Assembly: GCF_009914755.1 (NCBI RefSeq)
Contig: NC_060942.1
Length of the DNA stretch: 64,000 nucleotides
DNA from: the human T2T-CHM13v2.0 reference genome, Homo sapiens
Reading direction: 5' to 3' (one strand)
The notes under the pieces were generated by a model. That model ran no database searches and was not told where the DNA came from. It saw nothing but the letters and a program-made list of their open reading frames with translations. Shown here piece after piece: positions 59,614 through 64,000 of this stretch (position 1 is the first letter of the stretch; each line of letters starts with the position of its first letter). Position numbers and translations under genes: made by a program.

Positions 59614-62009
59614 TTACTTTTTAAAAAAGTATTCTTGGTTCTTGTTGAAAGCAGGTTATAAACAGAGGATACTGGCACCTTTAACTGCAGTTTGGTGCAG
59701 GCCTATAAGATTCTTAAAAAGGTTTTAAGATCATATGAATTAATGAAAAACTGAGGGCATTTATCAGATAAAAGACCAATCACATGATTTGACAAGGCCT
59801 TTTAATTAATCTGCTGATGCTCTTAAAAATCTGCCTCTCTGCCTGAATGATTATTACTAGCTTATTTCTTTTCCTGTACAAGAAAAGAGATGAAAATGTC
59901 CTTCAACAGTTTATTCTGTGTGTTCAAGGGAAAAGATGGGGTGCTTTTCAGCACTCTCTTCAGTTCACATAAGCCGCCTCTGTGTCTGTAGGAGTTGAAA
60001 TCTTCCTGCTGGCTATTACTCCTTTTCCTCTACATGGGATCAGTTTGAAAGCTACTTGTCTTTGGACTTATTTACAATAGGAATAAAAAGCTTCTGACAA
60101 TGTCAGGTAGTGGAGAGAAGCAGGAAGCTCAGCTGAGGACCATGGGAATTCAAGGGAGCAATCTCAGTTGAAACCGGATTTCTGAACTCTTGATCTTTAT
60201 TTTGGCATTTGTGGCTCGGGGCAGGTAAGGTAAACAGTGTCCAAAGTTCCCCTTAACAGACTGAAATAATACTGTGGTAACTGAAGCTTTCAAGCTGCTC
60301 CTCCATGCCAGGAATGTGAAGGATGCCTATGAAAACAACAAAAAGCTACTACTAATTTAATCAGATTTTTGTTGGATTAGAATGATACAGTTGAACTTTG
60401 GGATTTTAAATTCCTTTAAAATGTTAATATTTCAAAGCATTATTTCACAATTGCCATTAAACTCCTTACAGCATGTATTTCTGTAGGTAGAGAGATTTCT
60501 GCTGATGTGCTGGAAATATGTAACCTTGTATTTTGCAGCCTCACTTTCCTCTTTAGTAAAGCCCTGATTTCCCAAAGGGGAATGCTTCCTTCAACACGAG
60601 GTTTGGGCTTAGGTAATAGTTGCAGTTCTGCAGGAACATCAGTTCAAGGAATGATGAGCTGAATGCCAAAATAAAGCTGGGATGACTTTATGATTATTGC
60701 GTATGAACAATCTAATATGAAGGAGATTTTTCATTGCTAATATTCAACTACTGGATAGAAAATATGGCTATGTTACTGAGTTTGTTAATGTCAAGATCTC
60801 AAAGAGAAGTACATGGAAGATAGGGTCACCAGAACTGAATCTGGAAAGGGTGTGTGTGCCCCCAGGAATATTCCACCAGAGGCAGCAGTGTTATTAGTAA
60901 GTCTCCTCTTATATTAACTATGACAAAAGCCAGTGATGGCTAGAAGCAAGAGCACTGGCAAACATCTTGGTCATATGAAGATGAGCATCATTGTCTCCTA
61001 ATTAGCAGAAATATCAAGTATCCCTTAAAAGAGAACTTGGTGACAGACTGAGAATTAGAAAATCATCTAATTTTAGAGACCAGAGATCAGTCCAACACTG
61101 ACGTTTTGCAGATAAGAATACTGTTGGCTTAGCAGAGTGTGACGACATGTCACTGTTCATTCAAGATGAGAAGGCTCAGATCCAAAGGCCAACATAGTTT
61201 TCTGTTTCCTGCCTTCCCATTCTTTGTTGATACTAGCTTGAGATAATAAGCTTTTTTACAAATCATTTACCTGTAATGATTCACATCATGAAGAGTATGA
61301 TCACATGGATGTGTCCAATTAATTGAGGTTGTTGTGCTTTTCTTCTAACCTTTCATCAGTACCAAATAAGATTATGGAAAGTGAAAAGTTGTAACTAAAT
61401 CCCTCAGTGATATAGGCATCTCTGTATAATAGTTCCTTGGCCTGTGAGGAAATCAGATGGGCAATTTGAGTAGCTGTTTGTGGCAGAACCCAATCTGGCT
61501 TGATGTGTTTTTCCACAGATTGTGTTGCATTTCTGGAAAAGTGCTGTGAGACTTTTTTTGACACCAATAAGATATATATATACATGTATATATGAGATAC
61601 ATATATAGATATGTATCTCATATATATGGGCGATCAATAAGATTATATATAGAGATGATGTTTATTTTTATATACACATTGTATATATGTAAAATGAAAT
61701 TCTTATGAGTGTATATATACTGAAATGGAAAGTCATGACATTGGAGCAGATTAATGATCTATCAAGCCCAAGATTCTACTATAAATAGAAAAGGTATAGC
61801 TGATACTTCTAACACCAGTCCAAACGATTTATATGTTCTCTTGCATTTTCCTTTATATTTCCTTTTAGAATTATCTATAAAAATCTATAAAAATTTCTAA
61901 AACTTAATCTATAAAAATTTCCAAACACTCTTTGAACCTTTCAATTTTTACATATAATTTCCTAAAAGCAGCATAGAAAAAAGGAATGTTTTTCTTAAAA
62001 AAAAAAAAT

Positions 62010-62170
62010 TGAAGTTCAGATCAGAGTTTAAATTCCACTCTGCAATTTCTTAGCTGGGTGACTTTCTGAGCCTTGTTCCCATACCTGTAAAATATGGGAA
62101 TGATAATAAAAATACTTACCTCTTAAGGATACTATGGGATTCAGAATGTTTAAAATACATATGAAAACGC
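62010..62170 (+). mobile_element. MIR fragment
   Basis: tagctgggtgactttctgagccttgttcccatacctgtaaaatatggga. Confidence 0.6.
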
Positions 62171-63092
62171 TAACAGATTTTACCCAAATGTGGGTGTTTT
62201 TATGTCTTACGTTTCTTGCGTAATATATTCCATAAATTTGTTATTAGAGTAATATTTCCTTTTATCTGAAAATTTCCACTTTAAAAATGTCCATTTATTC
62301 TGATATTACTCTATGGTTGAAATCCTGGGATCTGGTGAAAATGAAATTGTCTTAGGCTTTTCATGATTTTATAGACTTAAATCATACACTCCTGAATCCT
62401 TTGAGTATGAATGTTCATTTTTGAGCTCTGCCATCTTCATACAGCCTCCCAGCTGTTCATTTTTTATTCCTGTCCTCACACTTGTCAGCTTCATTATGTC
62501 AATTTTGATGTATAACAACTGAAACCAATCTTAGGGCTGCAGGGGTACAGACAGTGTAGAAAGAATAGTTTTTTCCCCCCTACTTATTTCCAGATCATTT
62601 CAGAATCTTGTAGACCTTCACAATTGCAGCAGCACCTTGAGCTTATGGGCTCAGAGTATATCCCATCATAATTAACCTCTTAGTAGGCACAGCATCCTAC
62701 AATTTGGGTTGTGTTACTTGAATGTGTTACCCTATGCTTAGCTTTTAAAGCTTATCTTTTACTTTTCTGCAGACTTGGTCTCTAGGGTCATTCTTATATT
62801 TGAGTGGCTTTAAAAAATTTTATTTATACCTCGTCAATTCTTAAAAGAATTTTTAGCAACTCTTCTCATAATATCTCTTTGGGGAGTTTGGCAACATAAG
62901 AATTTTACTGTTTACCAGCCCTTGTTGTGGTTCAACTGCTATGCAGATCTTCATTCATTAGCCAGATATTTATTGAAACCCACTTATGCCAGGTACTGTA
63001 TTAAATGTTTAGATACATAGGGGACCAAGACAAATAAGGCACAAGTATTCTTGAAACTTATATTGCAGCGAGGGAAAAAATAAGCCACAAAC

Positions 63093-63455
63093 TCTCTTAG
63101 TCTGTTTTATGCTGCTATAACAGAATACTTCAAACTGGGTAATTTATAATGAACAGTTATTTATTGTCTTCCTCTTCTGGAGGCTAAGAAGTCCAAGATC
63201 AGGGAACCAGCATCTGGCAAAGGTCTTCATGCTGCGTCATTCCATGGCAGAAATGCAAGAGACAATAGGGGAGAGAACAAGAGCCAAATTTGCCCTTTTA
63301 TAACGAATTGCTTTCCCAAGAATGGCATTCATCCATTTCAGGAGGGCTGAACCCTCATGGACTGCTTACCTCTTAGTGGTCCTACCTCTTAATTACCATC
63401 ACAATGGCAAATAAATTTCAACATGCATTTTGGAGGGGATATCCAAACCATAGCA
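63093..63455 (-). mobile_element. MLT1A/MST-like MaLR LTR inserted within L2 sequence
   Basis: cttagtctgttttatgctgctataacagaa...aagtccaagatc...aaatttcaacatgcattttggagggg...ccaaaccatagca. L2-like sequence lies on both sides (~62950-63075, ~63500-63850). Confidence 0.8.
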
Positions 63456-64000
63456 CCAACATAAGAGTTAATACAATGCCAACATAAGAGTTAATAAAAC
63501 AGGATGAGGTGAAAAAGAGTGCCTAGAAGGCTACTTCATGTGGCATAGTAAGGGAGGACCTCTCTGAGGAGATGACATATAAGCTTTCATCTGAATGTCA
63601 AGAAGGTCACCATGTGAAGTTCTAGATGAAACTGTGTAAAGGTCCTAATTCAGGAGCAAATCTGAAGTGTTCTAGGAACAGCAAGGAAGCCAGCATGAAG
63701 GGAGCTTCCTAAAAGGAAGTTAGACAAGGGAGAAATAGACAGAGGCCTGATAACAGGGTATTTTAAGCCAGGGAAGGAATTTGGATTTTATGATAGTTTC
63801 ATAGAAAACCACTGTGATATTCTTAGCAGGAGAGGGATGTGATCTGAATAAGGGTAACCGTGGCATAATGAGATAAAATTGTGTTTATTCAAAATGTACC
63901 TCACATTATTGCAAGGGTAGTTAAATGGCACAAAAGTCTGTGTATCTGTTGATGAGGAACATTCTGATTTGTGGCTGGGTAAGACTTCCAGGACACTGGC

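Noticed and set aside
60873-60888. CTCF-like CCACCAGAGGCAGCAG
   Set aside because: One G short of the core spacing, so it cannot be supported without a PWM scan or ChIP data.

Overview
Primate (human or great-ape) genomic DNA carrying the 5' part of MAPRE2 (EB2/RP1, microtubule end-binding protein) on the + strand. It contains a CpG-island promoter (~16.7-17.5 kb), coding exon 1 (ATG 17156, donor after 17277), a ~28.6 kb intron, and coding exon 2 (45834-45961, start of the calponin-homology domain). I did not find later exons in the window. The rest is intronic or upstream sequence filled with interspersed repeats: a 5'-truncated L1PA element with target-site duplication, about a dozen Alus, MaLR LTRs, and old L1M/L2/MIR fragments. 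Nearly all other ORFs in the track are repeat-derived or chance ORFs. I see no evidence of a new multi-gene system. The most noteworthy features are (i) an ungapped 157-bp non-Alu inverted duplication ~1.2 kb upstream of exon 2, (ii) a weak first AUG / out-of-frame overlapping ORF / strong Met44 AUG arrangement that could set the EB2 isoform ratio, (iii) a promoter stacked with palindromic sites including a perfect RFX X-box, and (iv) a CpG-retaining intronic segment with a consensus splice donor. Repeat subfamily calls were made by eye and need RepeatMasker confirmation.
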